Of a DNA stretch of 64,000 bases, positions 47,562-57,211 are shown piece after piece. This stretch comes from an uncultured delta proteobacterium (GTDB lineage: Bacteria > Desulfobacterota > Desulfobacteria > Desulfobacterales > Desulfatirhabdiaceae). The translations under genes were made by a program, and so were the position numbers. Every line of letters starts with the position of its first letter. Position 1 is the stretch's first letter. The notes beneath the pieces were generated by a model. It was given only the letters and a program-made list of their open reading frames with translations. It had not been told where the DNA came from and made no database searches. Where the stretch lies: positions 160,001 through 224,000 of the forward strand of contig CAWBKP010000011.1 of NCBI GenBank assembly GCA_963789395.1, in the 5' to 3' direction.

Positions 47562-47949
47562 TTATTTTTTGCATGGCCACGTTTCGATCAGAAACATGAA
47601 TTCCGTCTCGACGGGCGGCTGGTCCATGAATTGCGGGTGGGCCTTGGCCCATTTCAGAAACATGGAAATGGCCTCATTGCGGGTCGGCTCCGGATCAGGC
47701 AGGCAGAACAGCTTCTTGCCGTCCGGCCCAGAAGTGGACGCAACATAATAGGCATAAGCGCCAATGAGGTAGCCATGGCAAAAGTGGATGGCTTCTTTTG
47801 CAAACGGATCATCGGCGGAAGCGCTGCACAGATTCAGAAGGTTTCTCGTGGTCTTGGCCTTGAAATCCTCTTCCGTCACCGACGCAGCCAAAGCCAGGCC
47901 GGACAAGAACGGCAACAAACAACAGCATGAAAATCAGTTTTTGTCTCAT
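47562..47949 (-). CDS. Rap1a/Tai-like periplasmic protein, frameshift in the signal peptide
   Basis: LLNLC...FCHGYLIG...FCLP...WAKAHP...WPC cysteine pattern. Confidence 0.7.
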
Positions 47950-48312
47950 GGTTCCTCTCCATTTTTGTTGTGAGCAGATTCGGCTTCGGCCCGGTTCCGA
48001 TCGATTTTATTTCCGGAAAATCGGGCGGATATCACCCTATGATAACAGGGACTTCATAAACATTGCCTAGTATATTTATATTTCTTTTCAGTTTCGGAAA
48101 GTCAATTGATAATATGAGAACAATTGACCTCACTTCGTTGTCCGATTTATACCTTCATCGCTTTCTTTATTTTGACAAACAGAAGAATCCTGATACAATC
48201 GGCGGCAATTCACAAACCCTGTACAAAACCGTTTTTTATCCGGACAACGCCCGGTACCGGACATTTTATCAAGACCGTGCAAACAAAACCGGCCTGACAC
48301 TTTACGGTATAC

Positions 48313-48981
48313 ATGGATTTTCTTCATCCCTTATTTGCCAATTTTAGAAGAAACCGTTTCGGTCTTCTTTTTATTTCTCTGCTGTTGACTATCGGCGGCA
48401 CGACGGTCCTGGACGAACTCGGGTTGACCTGGGCCTCCAAGCTCCTGCTCATGCTGACTCTGCTGGTATTGGTCTCCATCGTCACCGGCCGGTGGACCCT
48501 TCATGTCAGCCTGGCACTCTTGGTTTTTTCTGCCGTCACTTCCTCGGTGTTCGAGCTGAAAGCTTTTGAACACTATGGTCAACTCAGTTCGGTGCTTCTC
48601 TTGTTTCTGGGAACCCTCGAGTGTTTTCGAGCCATCTTCAGATCCGGCCGGGTAGACAGAGAACGACTGTTTGCCTCCCTCAGTCTTTATCTGCTCCTGG
48701 GATTGATCTTTGCCATCATTTTCGCGGTTGTCGAGGAACTGCTGCCGGGTTCCTTTAATCACCTGGACACGTTGGCTGCCGGCGGCAAAATAAGCCCTCT
48801 GGGGCAGTTGATCTATTTCAGTTATGTGACCATCGCAACACTGGGCTACGGGGACATCGTTCCTGTCAGCGGTCCGGCCAAAGGGCTGGTTATTCTGGAA
48901 GCGATCATCGGGCAGATGTACCTGGTTGTGGTGGTGGCCAGGCTGGTCAGTCTCTACGGGCAGAGCGAGTCAAAAAAGTAG
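48313..48981 (+). CDS. potassium channel family protein (Ion_trans_2)
   Basis: YFSYVTIATLGYGDIVP selectivity filter. Confidence 0.9.
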   Translation: MDFLHPLFANFRRNRFGLLFISLLLTIGGTTVLDELGLTWASKLLLMLTLLVLVSIVTGRWTLHVSLALLVFSAVTSSVFELKAFEHYGQLSSVLLLFLGTLECFRAIFRSGRVDRERLFASLSLYLLLGLIFAIIFAVVEELLPGSFNHLDTLAAGGKISPLGQLIYFSYVTIATLGYGDIVPVSGPAKGLVILEAIIGQMYLVVVVARLVSLYGQSESKK

Positions 48982-49069
48982 TTTTTCCCACCGTCCTCAG
49001 CAGCGGCATGACCCGCTCAAGACGAAAAGGGCGCAAAGAATAATCAAGCAGTTCGACAAGGAGCCAATC

Positions 49070-50300
49070 ATGCATGAATACCCGTTCATCATCTTTGCCG
49101 CGCTCCTGGCTTATGTCTTCGGGCTCTTCTCCCGGCTTGCCGAGCGCTCCCCGGTCACAGGACCCATGGTCTTTGTGGCTGTTGGCATACTGGCCGGTCC
49201 CCTGGGCTTCGACTGGCTGGAGATTTCGATCAATGCCGAACTGATCCGGGTCATAACGGAGATTACACTGGTGCTCATCCTCTTTGTCGACGCCTCCCTG
49301 ATCGATCTTCCGGCATTGGTCCAAAGCCGCGGACTCCCAATCAGGCTCCTGCTGATCGGACTTCCACTGACCATGATTTTCGGGATCCTTCTGGCCTGGG
49401 CACTGCTCCCCGGATACGTCAATCTGGCTCCTGGCCCTTATGGCCCTGATCCTTTCGCCAACGGATGCCGCCCTGGGCCAGGCGGTGGTAAAAAGTGAAT
49501 CCGTACCGGAAAACATCCGGCAGGCAATCAATGTGGAAAGCGGCCTGAATGACGGCATCGCCCTGCCCCCCATTCTGCTCTGCGTCGCCGTCCTGGCCGG
49601 AGATCCCGCCCGGCAGCTCGGTTCCGGTTTCTGGTCCCATTTCATCTTTTCTCAACTGATCTACGGCCCGCTCATGGGTGCTGCGGTCGGCTGGGTGGGT
49701 GGATTTATAGTGGACCGGGCCTCCCGGGCCGGCTGGATGAACGACACCTTTCAGCGTCTCGTATCCATCTCGCTTGCAGTGATGGCCTATTCGGCAGCAG
49801 AGATGGTCCACGGCAACGGGTTCATTGCAGCCTACTTCGGCGGCCTGCTGCTGGGCGTGCGAAGCCACGCCGTCAGGGAGCGGGTGCAGGAATTCGGGGA
49901 GGCGGAAGGACAGCAACTGGCGCTTTACATCTTCCTGCTTTTCGGCCTCGTTCTGGTTCCGGCGGCCATCCCCTACTGGGACTTGCGGGCCTGGGTCTAT
50001 GCTGTCATGAGCCTGACCATCATACGGATGCTGCCGGTTGCTTTGAGTCTCATCGGATCCAAGCTGGATTGGGTTTCCGTCAACTTCATCGGATGGTTCG
50101 GCCCCCGGGGCATCGCCTCTGTTCTCTACCTACTCATGGTGGTTGGAAAGCTGGGAACCCAAAAACTCGAATACCTGCTTGGCATCATTGTTCTGACAGT
50201 GACGCTGAGCGTCCTTGCCCACGGAGTGACCGCTGTCCCGCTATCCGGCGCCTATGGGAGATTGATGTCGAAAAAAGACAAACTTCAGCATTCTGTATAA
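49070..50300 (+). CDS. cation:proton antiporter (CPA1/NhaP-like), frameshifted
   Basis: LFVDAS, SPTDAALG, ESGLNDG, WFGPRGIAS. Confidence 0.88.
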
Positions 50301-50389
50301 AATAAAGACGTATCGTACAAATCCCGGTTAGGGTTATCAATCGCCATTGGCGGGATTTTCCGGGCGTTTGGTCTCCTCACGGTTGTGCC

Positions 50390-50665
50390 TCAGATTCCTG
50401 TCGATCCGTTTTTCTTTTCCCCTTCGCCCGTCTGCGATGACTTCGGCCCAAGAATGATCCACTCCCCTCTGGGCCCGGTGAGAATACCATTTTCAGGGCC
50501 TTCTTCCCGATTGTTGCGCAGCTCGTATTGCCCGCAGCCGGCAACGACCAGCAATACCGCCAGCAATACGGCAATCCACAATGCTGTTACTGCGGATTTA
50601 CGCGTTTCATGATTCCGAAACTGCATTACATGAAACATCGGTTGCACTCCTTTTGATATCGCCAC
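50390..50665 (-). CDS. small lipoprotein; start uncertain
   Basis: Hydrophobic stretch plus VAGC lipobox; directly downstream of the porin. Confidence 0.55.
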   Translation of the reverse strand: MAISKGVQPMFHVMQFRNHETRKSAVTALWIAVLLAVLLVVAGCGQYELRNNREEGPENGILTGPRGEWIILGPKSSQTGEGEKKNGSTGI

Positions 50666-50666
50666 A

Positions 50667-51974
50667 TCAGAACTTTACCCTCGACCCGATTGACACTGCA
50701 TTGACGTCGTAGAGCGCCGGCGTAATATCCTGATTGAGTGTGAAATACCGATACTGGAGATACACCTCGGAGCCGAACTTCTCGAATATCTGGACCACCG
50801 CACCGCCCATCGACCAGCCGTCGTTATTTTCAGCAGGAAAGTTTTCGGACTTGTCGTAGTCCACACTAAACGCCGTCTCGCCAACGTTAAATAATTTTGC
50901 CAGCCAGCCGGCCTTGACGTAAAAATTGCTCGGGTTGCTCTGGTCCCTGAAGTCCTGCACACCGGCGGACAGGGTCAGGTTCAGCCCGGTGTCTTCGTGC
51001 AATACCGAAAACGAACCGTCATATTGTTGGTCACAGTACTCAAGGTTAGGATCAGCGTAAGCAAAAGCGGCCGCAGCCTTAAAGCCGCCCCCTTTGCCGC
51101 TCCACCATATCGACCCGTCATAGCGTGAATCACTGACAAGCGATCCTGCCAGACTGAAGCCATAAAAAGTGGGTGTATCATAGCGCACCCTGCTTTTCCG
51201 GCTCAAGCCGTCCAAATCATCGAATGCGTCAGCAATATTAATAGTTCGTGAGCACATTGGTGTCCTTTGTCCGGAACAACATGCCGCCGACTATGGCCGA
51301 AACGCTCGCATAAGCGACCACGTCGGTTTTGGACAGATCGACCTCGGCGGTGTTGTTGGAGGCCGTATCGCCCTTGCCCAAGGAAAGCTTGCCGAAACGC
51401 TTGCTGTCAAGATACAGGTCCACCCAGCGCTGGTCGAAATACGTGCCGGGCTCCTGGTCTGTCTGACTGACCTGCGCGGATTCATTCGGTGCAATGGCCA
51501 CTTCAAATCTCGTTCCGAGGGTAAGATCGTCGGTTGCCCTGGCGGTACCGATCAAGCGGAGGCGCGAGTTGCTGGCGTCGTTGTCGACGAAGTAAGCCCT
51601 GGTTTTTGCCCCGTCGTCAACAACATTCACGGCTCTGTCGATCTGCCCTGAGATGGCGAGTTTAATCCGATCCTGATCCGTAGTAACGACTTTTTCCAGA
51701 CCCGAAAGCACCTGCTGTGGTTTTCGCCTCTTCGGCCACGGATTTTGCTTCACTGGCCTGGGTTTGCGCAACGGCGGCGGTTTGCTTCAACTCGTTCAAC
51801 TGTTGCTGCATCGATTCCAACTGCTGCTGCTGATCCCGGATCAGGCGTTCCAGCCTTTCAATCTTCTGAGCGTCTACGGTTTTTTCCTGAGCCGAAACCT
51901 GACATGCGACAAACACCTGGACTGCCAGTAACACCCCCAAAAAAATGATGATTGACCTTTCGTTCTACCTTCAT
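50667..51974 (-). CDS. Gram-negative outer-membrane porin with N-terminal coiled coil, frameshifted
   Basis: Signal peptide, Gln-rich coiled coil, SNSRLRLIG, FGKLSLGKG, RVRYDTP, C-terminal Phe (RVKF). Confidence 0.78.
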
Positions 51975-52418
51975 CTTTTTCTCCTTTGTTTGTGGCCAGC
52001 AGAAATATAAAATCCGCCCTATTTCCAAAACCCTATTTAGTCGACACAATTGGTGCCTCGTCGTCACCTGCCACTGCCACGGATGGTTCAGTTCCTTCAA
52101 AAACAACCATCATCCCGGTAGGCCGAGGCCGGAGCATGATGAAGAAATCCCTAACGTATGGGAACTGATATAGTCAAGTACAAAGATACATCATTGTTAA
52201 GAGAATTTTTTTCTGATGCGTCGATTCCACAGTCTCTTTTGGACTGAGATAACCAAGAAAAGGACATTATATGATGATTTTAGCCTTAATAAATATTCTC
52301 AATTATTTCTGAGGACACAAAAGAACACAAAAAGTACAAGTAAATACCGCTCCTGCTGCAAGAGTCTCTTCAAAACAAAGAATGGACACCCATCTGATAT
52401 CTATGTATAATTTTGATA

Positions 52419-52434
52419 AGCACTTGATATGCCG
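52419..52434 (-). promoter_or_regulatory. possible sigma54 promoter oriented toward the porin
   Basis: Reverse complement CGGCAT-ATCAA-GTGCT (GG-N10-GC); imperfect match, about 440 bp upstream of the porin start. Confidence 0.3.
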
Positions 52435-52474
52435 ACAATGAAGGGAATTACCGGTCCATCCCGGTATTAATTTA

Positions 52475-54783
52475 ATGGTTGACTGTAATGAACCCATGTA
52501 TGTCACTATTCAGCGGAAGAAAATGCCCTGTAATTTTGTGAACATATTATTCGAACAGGTTATTTCGGATTTCGGATTGTTATCCAGAAAGAGAGTCGGC
52601 CTGTTTCTCAGAATCACCCTTTCCCTGATATTCCTGGTTCTGCTGCCCTTATCGGGCCGGGAGGCATCGGCATCGTTGCCGCGGAAACCGCAGAAGCGCA
52701 TCCTGCTGCTCTACAGCCTGGACAGGATGATCCCTCCCACGAAATGACGGATCAGGGGATCCGCTCAGTCATCTTGTCCGATCCCAACTTTGACATCGAG
52801 CTTTATACCGAATATCTGGATCTGTCTCGTTTCCAGGCCCCCGATTACAAGGAAAATCTGGTCCGGTTCCTGGCCGACAAGTATTCGGCTGTTAAGCCGG
52901 ACGTCGTTATCACCGTGTATCCAATGGCGCTGTCCTTTGTTCTGAACCACTGTGACCGCATCTTCTCCGGCATCCCCATTGTCGCATGCACGATATTCGA
53001 GAGCGCAGCAAGAGATATTGAGCAGACGGATGAAAGGGCCAGAACCACAGGCGTGATCCTGAACGGGGACATCGGCGATATCGTCCCGATGGCGCGCACC
53101 CTCAGGCCGCAGACGCGCCGGATTGCACTGGTGGGCGGGGCATCCGAGCTGGACAAAATCGGTCTGAAGGTAGTTCGCAATGCGCTGAAGCAGTACGAAC
53201 CCGGGATGGAGTGCTGGATTTGACGGGGCTGGCCATGCCGCAGATTATCGAACGGGTCGCCAGCCTGCCCGCTGACAGCGTTGTTCTGTACCCTACGATT
53301 TTTATCGACGGGCAGGGCCGGCGCTTTATATCCAGAGAAGCCCTGTCAATGATATCGCGCGCAGCCAATGTGCCGGTGTTCAGCCCGTTTGACAGCTACT
53401 CTGGGTTACGGCATCGTGGGAGGCAACCTGCTCAGTTTCGAGGCCCAGGGCAGGAAGGCCGCGGAACTGGCAATTCGGATACTGGCCGGAGAATCGCCGG
53501 GGGATATCCCTTTTTCAGAATATGACACCACCCTTCCCATCTTCGACTGGCGGGAGCTGAAGCGCTGGGAAATCAGCGAAGCGAGCCTTCCGGCCGGCAG
53601 CATTGTCAAATACAAAGAGGTTTCGGTATGGGAAGAGCATCGGAGACAGATTGTCGGCGCAGTTGCATTTTTTTTCCTGGAGACAATTCTCATCGTTGCC
53701 CTGATGTTTCACTTGCGAAAGTCCCGGAAAATGCAGACAGCACTACAGGCATCGGAGCAGCGCTATCAAACTGTAGCGGATTATACGTACAACTGGGAAT
53801 ACTGGTCCGCCCCGGATGGAACCCTGAACTACATATCGCCGGCATGTGAAACCGTCACCGGCCATTCCCCCCGGGAATTTATTGAAAACCCTTCGATGAT
53901 GCATGAGATTGTCGTTTCCGAGGACCGCAGGGTATGGGATGAACACGACCACGCTGCCTGCACTGATATGGGAATGAAGGAAATTCAGTTCCGCATCCGC
54001 AGAGCCGATGGCGACATCCGCTGGGTCGAGCACTGCTGCCGGCCCGTCATCGACCCTCAGGGCGGGTTTTTGGGAATACGGGCCAGCAACCGTGACATAA
54101 CGGCGCGCAAACTGGCCGAAGACAAGATCCGGGAACGGGAGAACGATCTTCAGATATTGACGCATCGGCTGATCCGGGGGCAGGAGGAGGAACGCCGGCG
54201 ACTGGCGCGTGACCTGCACGATGATCTGACACAGCGGCTGGCCGTACTTGCGATCCAGGCAGGCAGAATGGCGTTGTCTGCCAGGGACGGACGTCCGCCC
54301 CTCCCTGAAGAGTTTCTCGATCTGAGAGACCAGGCTGTTCAGATTTCAGCCGACATCCACGATATCTCCCGTCAGATCCACCCCTCGATCCTGGATGACC
54401 TGGGCCTGGAGAAAGCCATCGCGTCGGAATGCGCCCGGTTCTCCGACCGGGAGGGAATTCCGGTGGTATTCAACGCGAAAGGCATTCCCGGAACCCTGTC
54501 AAAGGATGCCGCACTTTCCATCTACCGCATCATTCAGGAGGGACTCACCAACATCGCCAAACACGCCTGCGCCACCCATGTCACGGTATCCCTCACAGGA
54601 GCCGGGACTGGCCTCCGTGTTTCCGTCCAGGATGACGGCATCGGATTCGATGCGGCAGCGGTGAGAAAAAAACCGGGACTGGGGCTTTCCAGCATGCGCG
54701 AACGGGTCCGAATCATTCGGGGAAAGCTTCGCATTCTGTCGGAACCCGATAAGGGTACGACCATCGAGGTGAATTTGCTTTGA
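52475..54783 (+). CDS. membrane sensor histidine kinase (periplasmic binding-protein-like domain, PAS, HisKA_3), frameshifted; start uncertain
   Basis: QEEERRRLARDLHD, QEGLTNIAKHA, DDGIGFD, GLGL..MRER; PAS/PAC segment ending RDIT.RK. Confidence 0.88.
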
Positions 54784-54813
54784 AATGGAAACAGAACATG
54801 GTAAAAGCCTGAT

Positions 54814-56124
54814 ATGATTCCCGCAGCAGCCCCGCCAAAACCCCGTTTCAACCCCCTGAGCACGCTGGTTCTGCATTTCAGGCCCCGCAGGGTTTCTGAA
54901 AAGACCCTTGACTTCAGGCTGACATGGGGGTTGGGCGGCATGGCCGCCGTTCTAGTCTCGCTGCAATTGTTCACGGGCATTCTGCTGAAGTTCGCCTACG
55001 GGCCGGTTCCCGCCCAGGCTTACGCGTCGCTGGTGACCCTGCAGGAAGGCTTCCTGTTCGGGCAACTGGTCCGGAGCATCCACTTCTGGAGCGCCAATCT
55101 CCTGGTCGTGGTGGTCTGCCTGCATGGTCTGCGGGTCTTTTTTACCGGCGGCTTTCACCCCCCGCGACGATTGAACTGGGTTGTCGGGCTCAGCCTGCTG
55201 GTCCTCATACTGGCGTCCAATCTTACCGGATACCTGCTCCCCTGGGACCAGCTGGCCTACTGGGCCACCATCATCTGCGTCAGCATGCTGGAATACATCC
55301 CCGTCATCGGCGGGCGGCTTCAGCAGATCGTTCTGGGCGGCCCACGGATCGGGCCGGCCACCCTGCGCGGTTTTTTTGCGATGCACACCGCCGTGTTCCC
55401 GGTCCTGATCGTCATGCTGATGATGTTTCATTTCTGGCGGGTGCGAAAAGCCGGCGGGCTGGTGATTCCGCACTCCCCGGGTGAAGCCCCGGACGACAAA
55501 CCGGCCATGGTCCCGACCCACCCGAACCTGCTTCTTCGGGAGGCGGCCCTGGCATTGGCGACCATCGCGTGCGTGCTGATCCTGTCACTGCTTTTTAATG
55601 CCCCACTGGGACAGCCGGCCAACCCGGGCCTCAGCCCCAACCCGACCAAGGCCCCCTGGTACTTTGCAGGTGTCCAGGAATTGCTCATGCATTTTCACCC
55701 GAGCTTTGCCCTGCTGATCGCTGCCGCCCTGACACTGAGCGCTTTTTGTCTGCCGTATCTAAAATACAACGAAGCCCCCTCCGGCGTCTGGTTTGCATCA
55801 ATCAACGGCCGACGCACCGCTCGCTTCACCGCACTGGTAGCCGCCATGGCCACGCCGCTGGTCGTTGTTCTGAATGAATACGTGTTCGATTTTTCGGCCA
55901 TACTGCCCAATATGCCCCATGCCGTCAGCCTCGGCATCTTCCCCACAGCCTTGCTCATTGCAGTCATTGCAGGTTTGTACGCGCTGACGGCAAGGAAATT
56001 TCAGGCCACACGTCTGGAGTCCGTCCAGGCTGTTTTTGTTTTTCTGGCCGTAGGATGGGTGATTTTGACCATTACCTGCGTGATTTTCCGGGGGGAAGGA
56101 ATGAAGCTGCGGTGGCCGTTTTGA
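54814..56124 (+). CDS. cytochrome b of a Rieske/cytochrome b complex (unsplit, b6-like)
   Basis: Heme His pairs RSIHFW...LHGLR and MHTA...FHFW; NWVVG; GYLLPWDQ; Qo motif variant KAPWYF. Confidence 0.92.
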   Translation: MIPAAAPPKPRFNPLSTLVLHFRPRRVSEKTLDFRLTWGLGGMAAVLVSLQLFTGILLKFAYGPVPAQAYASLVTLQEGFLFGQLVRSIHFWSANLLVVVVCLHGLRVFFTGGFHPPRRLNWVVGLSLLVLILASNLTGYLLPWDQLAYWATIICVSMLEYIPVIGGRLQQIVLGGPRIGPATLRGFFAMHTAVFPVLIVMLMMFHFWRVRKAGGLVIPHSPGEAPDDKPAMVPTHPNLLLREAALALATIACVLILSLLFNAPLGQPANPGLSPNPTKAPWYFAGVQELLMHFHPSFALLIAAALTLSAFCLPYLKYNEAPSGVWFASINGRRTARFTALVAAMATPLVVVLNEYVFDFSAILPNMPHAVSLGIFPTALLIAVIAGLYALTARKFQATRLESVQAVFVFLAVGWVILTITCVIFRGEGMKLRWPF

Positions 56125-56147
56125 CGGGAGCTTCGAAAAAAAACCAG

Positions 56148-56690
56148 ATGAAACCATCCAAGATAAAAACATCCAAGGACATAAAGTCCGGCGAGGCGCA
56201 GACGAAAGTTTCCCGCCGCAGTTTTCTGAACATCCTCTGGTCGGCCCTGGGCCTTGCAGCACTGGTGGAATTTTTTTGGCTGACCATTTCTTTTCTGCGG
56301 CCCGCAAGATCCGGCAGCGCCGAAAGCCAGGCGAATATCGTGATCCAGGCAGGTACCGTGTCGTCCTTTGCCCCCGGCACGGTCACCGCGTTTCAAAACG
56401 GGGAATTTTACGTTGTACGACTGGATGACGGGGGATTTCTGGCGCTTTCGTGCAAATGCACCCATCTGGGATGCACCGTTCCCTGGGTTGAAAAAGAAAA
56501 AAAGTTTTTGTGCCCGTGCCATGCATCGGCCTATGACATCACCGGCAATGTGATCAACTCGCCGGCCACCCGTGCTCTGGACATTTTCCCGGTGGCCATC
56601 GAGAACAGCATCGTCAAGGTGGACACCCGGAAACGAATAAAGAGAAGCGGGTTTGATTCAAAGCAGGTGGTGTTTCCACCCAAGGTGTAA
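56148..56690 (+). CDS. Rieske [2Fe-2S] subunit with Tat anchor
   Basis: SRRSFL plus TM helix; CTHLGC and CPCH boxes; SPATRAL loop. Confidence 0.93.
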   Translation: MKPSKIKTSKDIKSGEAQTKVSRRSFLNILWSALGLAALVEFFWLTISFLRPARSGSAESQANIVIQAGTVSSFAPGTVTAFQNGEFYVVRLDDGGFLALSCKCTHLGCTVPWVEKEKKFLCPCHASAYDITGNVINSPATRALDIFPVAIENSIVKVDTRKRIKRSGFDSKQVVFPPKV

Positions 56691-56747
56691 ATTCGAATAT
56701 CGAATATCGAAATCCGAAACAAATTCTAAATACGAATGTTCAAAACA
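56688..56747. repeat. left heptamer-repeat arm of the four-helix-bundle element
   Basis: AAATTCG AATATCG AATATCG AAATCCG AAAC AAATTCT AAATACG AATGTTC AAAAC. Confidence 0.85.
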
Positions 56748-56765
56748 GGATGGGGCATACCTGCA

Positions 56766-57125
56766 ATGAATGGTGATCTTAAACAATACGATCTGGAGGA
56801 ACGGACGTTTTGTTTTGCGAGAGACATCCGGGTGTTTGTCAAGCGATTGCCGAGAAATATTTGTAATCTGGAGGACGGAAAGCAGTTGTTGCGGGCGTCG
56901 GGCTCCATTGGGGCCAACTACATCGAGGCCAATGAAGCCCTGGGCAAAAAAGACTTTCAGTTCAGAATCAAAATCTGCCGCAAGGAAGCCAAGGAAAGCC
57001 GCTATTGGCTGAGACTGATAGATACCGGTGAAGAAAAGGCTTTGGAAACCGAACGCACGATCCTGCTCGCAGAATCGACAGAACTCATGAAAATCTTCGC
57101 CGCCATTATGCACAAAAGCCAGTAA
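56766..57125 (+). CDS. four helix bundle protein (23S rRNA IVP / TIGR02436-like)
   Basis: YDLEERT..FA, QLLRASGSIGANYIEANE, KDF..RIKICRKEAKESRYWLRL, ELMKIF. Confidence 0.92.
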   Translation: MNGDLKQYDLEERTFCFARDIRVFVKRLPRNICNLEDGKQLLRASGSIGANYIEANEALGKKDFQFRIKICRKEAKESRYWLRLIDTGEEKALETERTILLAESTELMKIFAAIMHKSQ

Positions 57126-57137
57126 CGTTCCCGCTTT

Positions 57138-57196
57138 TGTTTTGAATTTAGAATTTTGTATTTGTTTCGGATTTCGATATTCGGATTTCGAATTTA
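57138..57196. repeat. right heptamer-repeat arm (inverted)
   Basis: Reverse complement AAATTCG AAATCCG AATATCG AAATCCG AAAC AAATAC AAAATTCT AAATTC AAAAC aligns to the left arm. Confidence 0.85.
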
Positions 57197-57211
57197 TCCT
57201 TTAGGATTTTT

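Noticed and set aside
47562..47949. Type VI secretion effector-immunity pair
   Set aside because: No amidase effector, vgrG, hcp or PAAR gene nearby
56766..57125. Diversity-generating retroelement or true 23S rRNA intervening sequence
   Set aside because: No reverse transcriptase, no TR/VR pair seen, and no rRNA sequence around the gene
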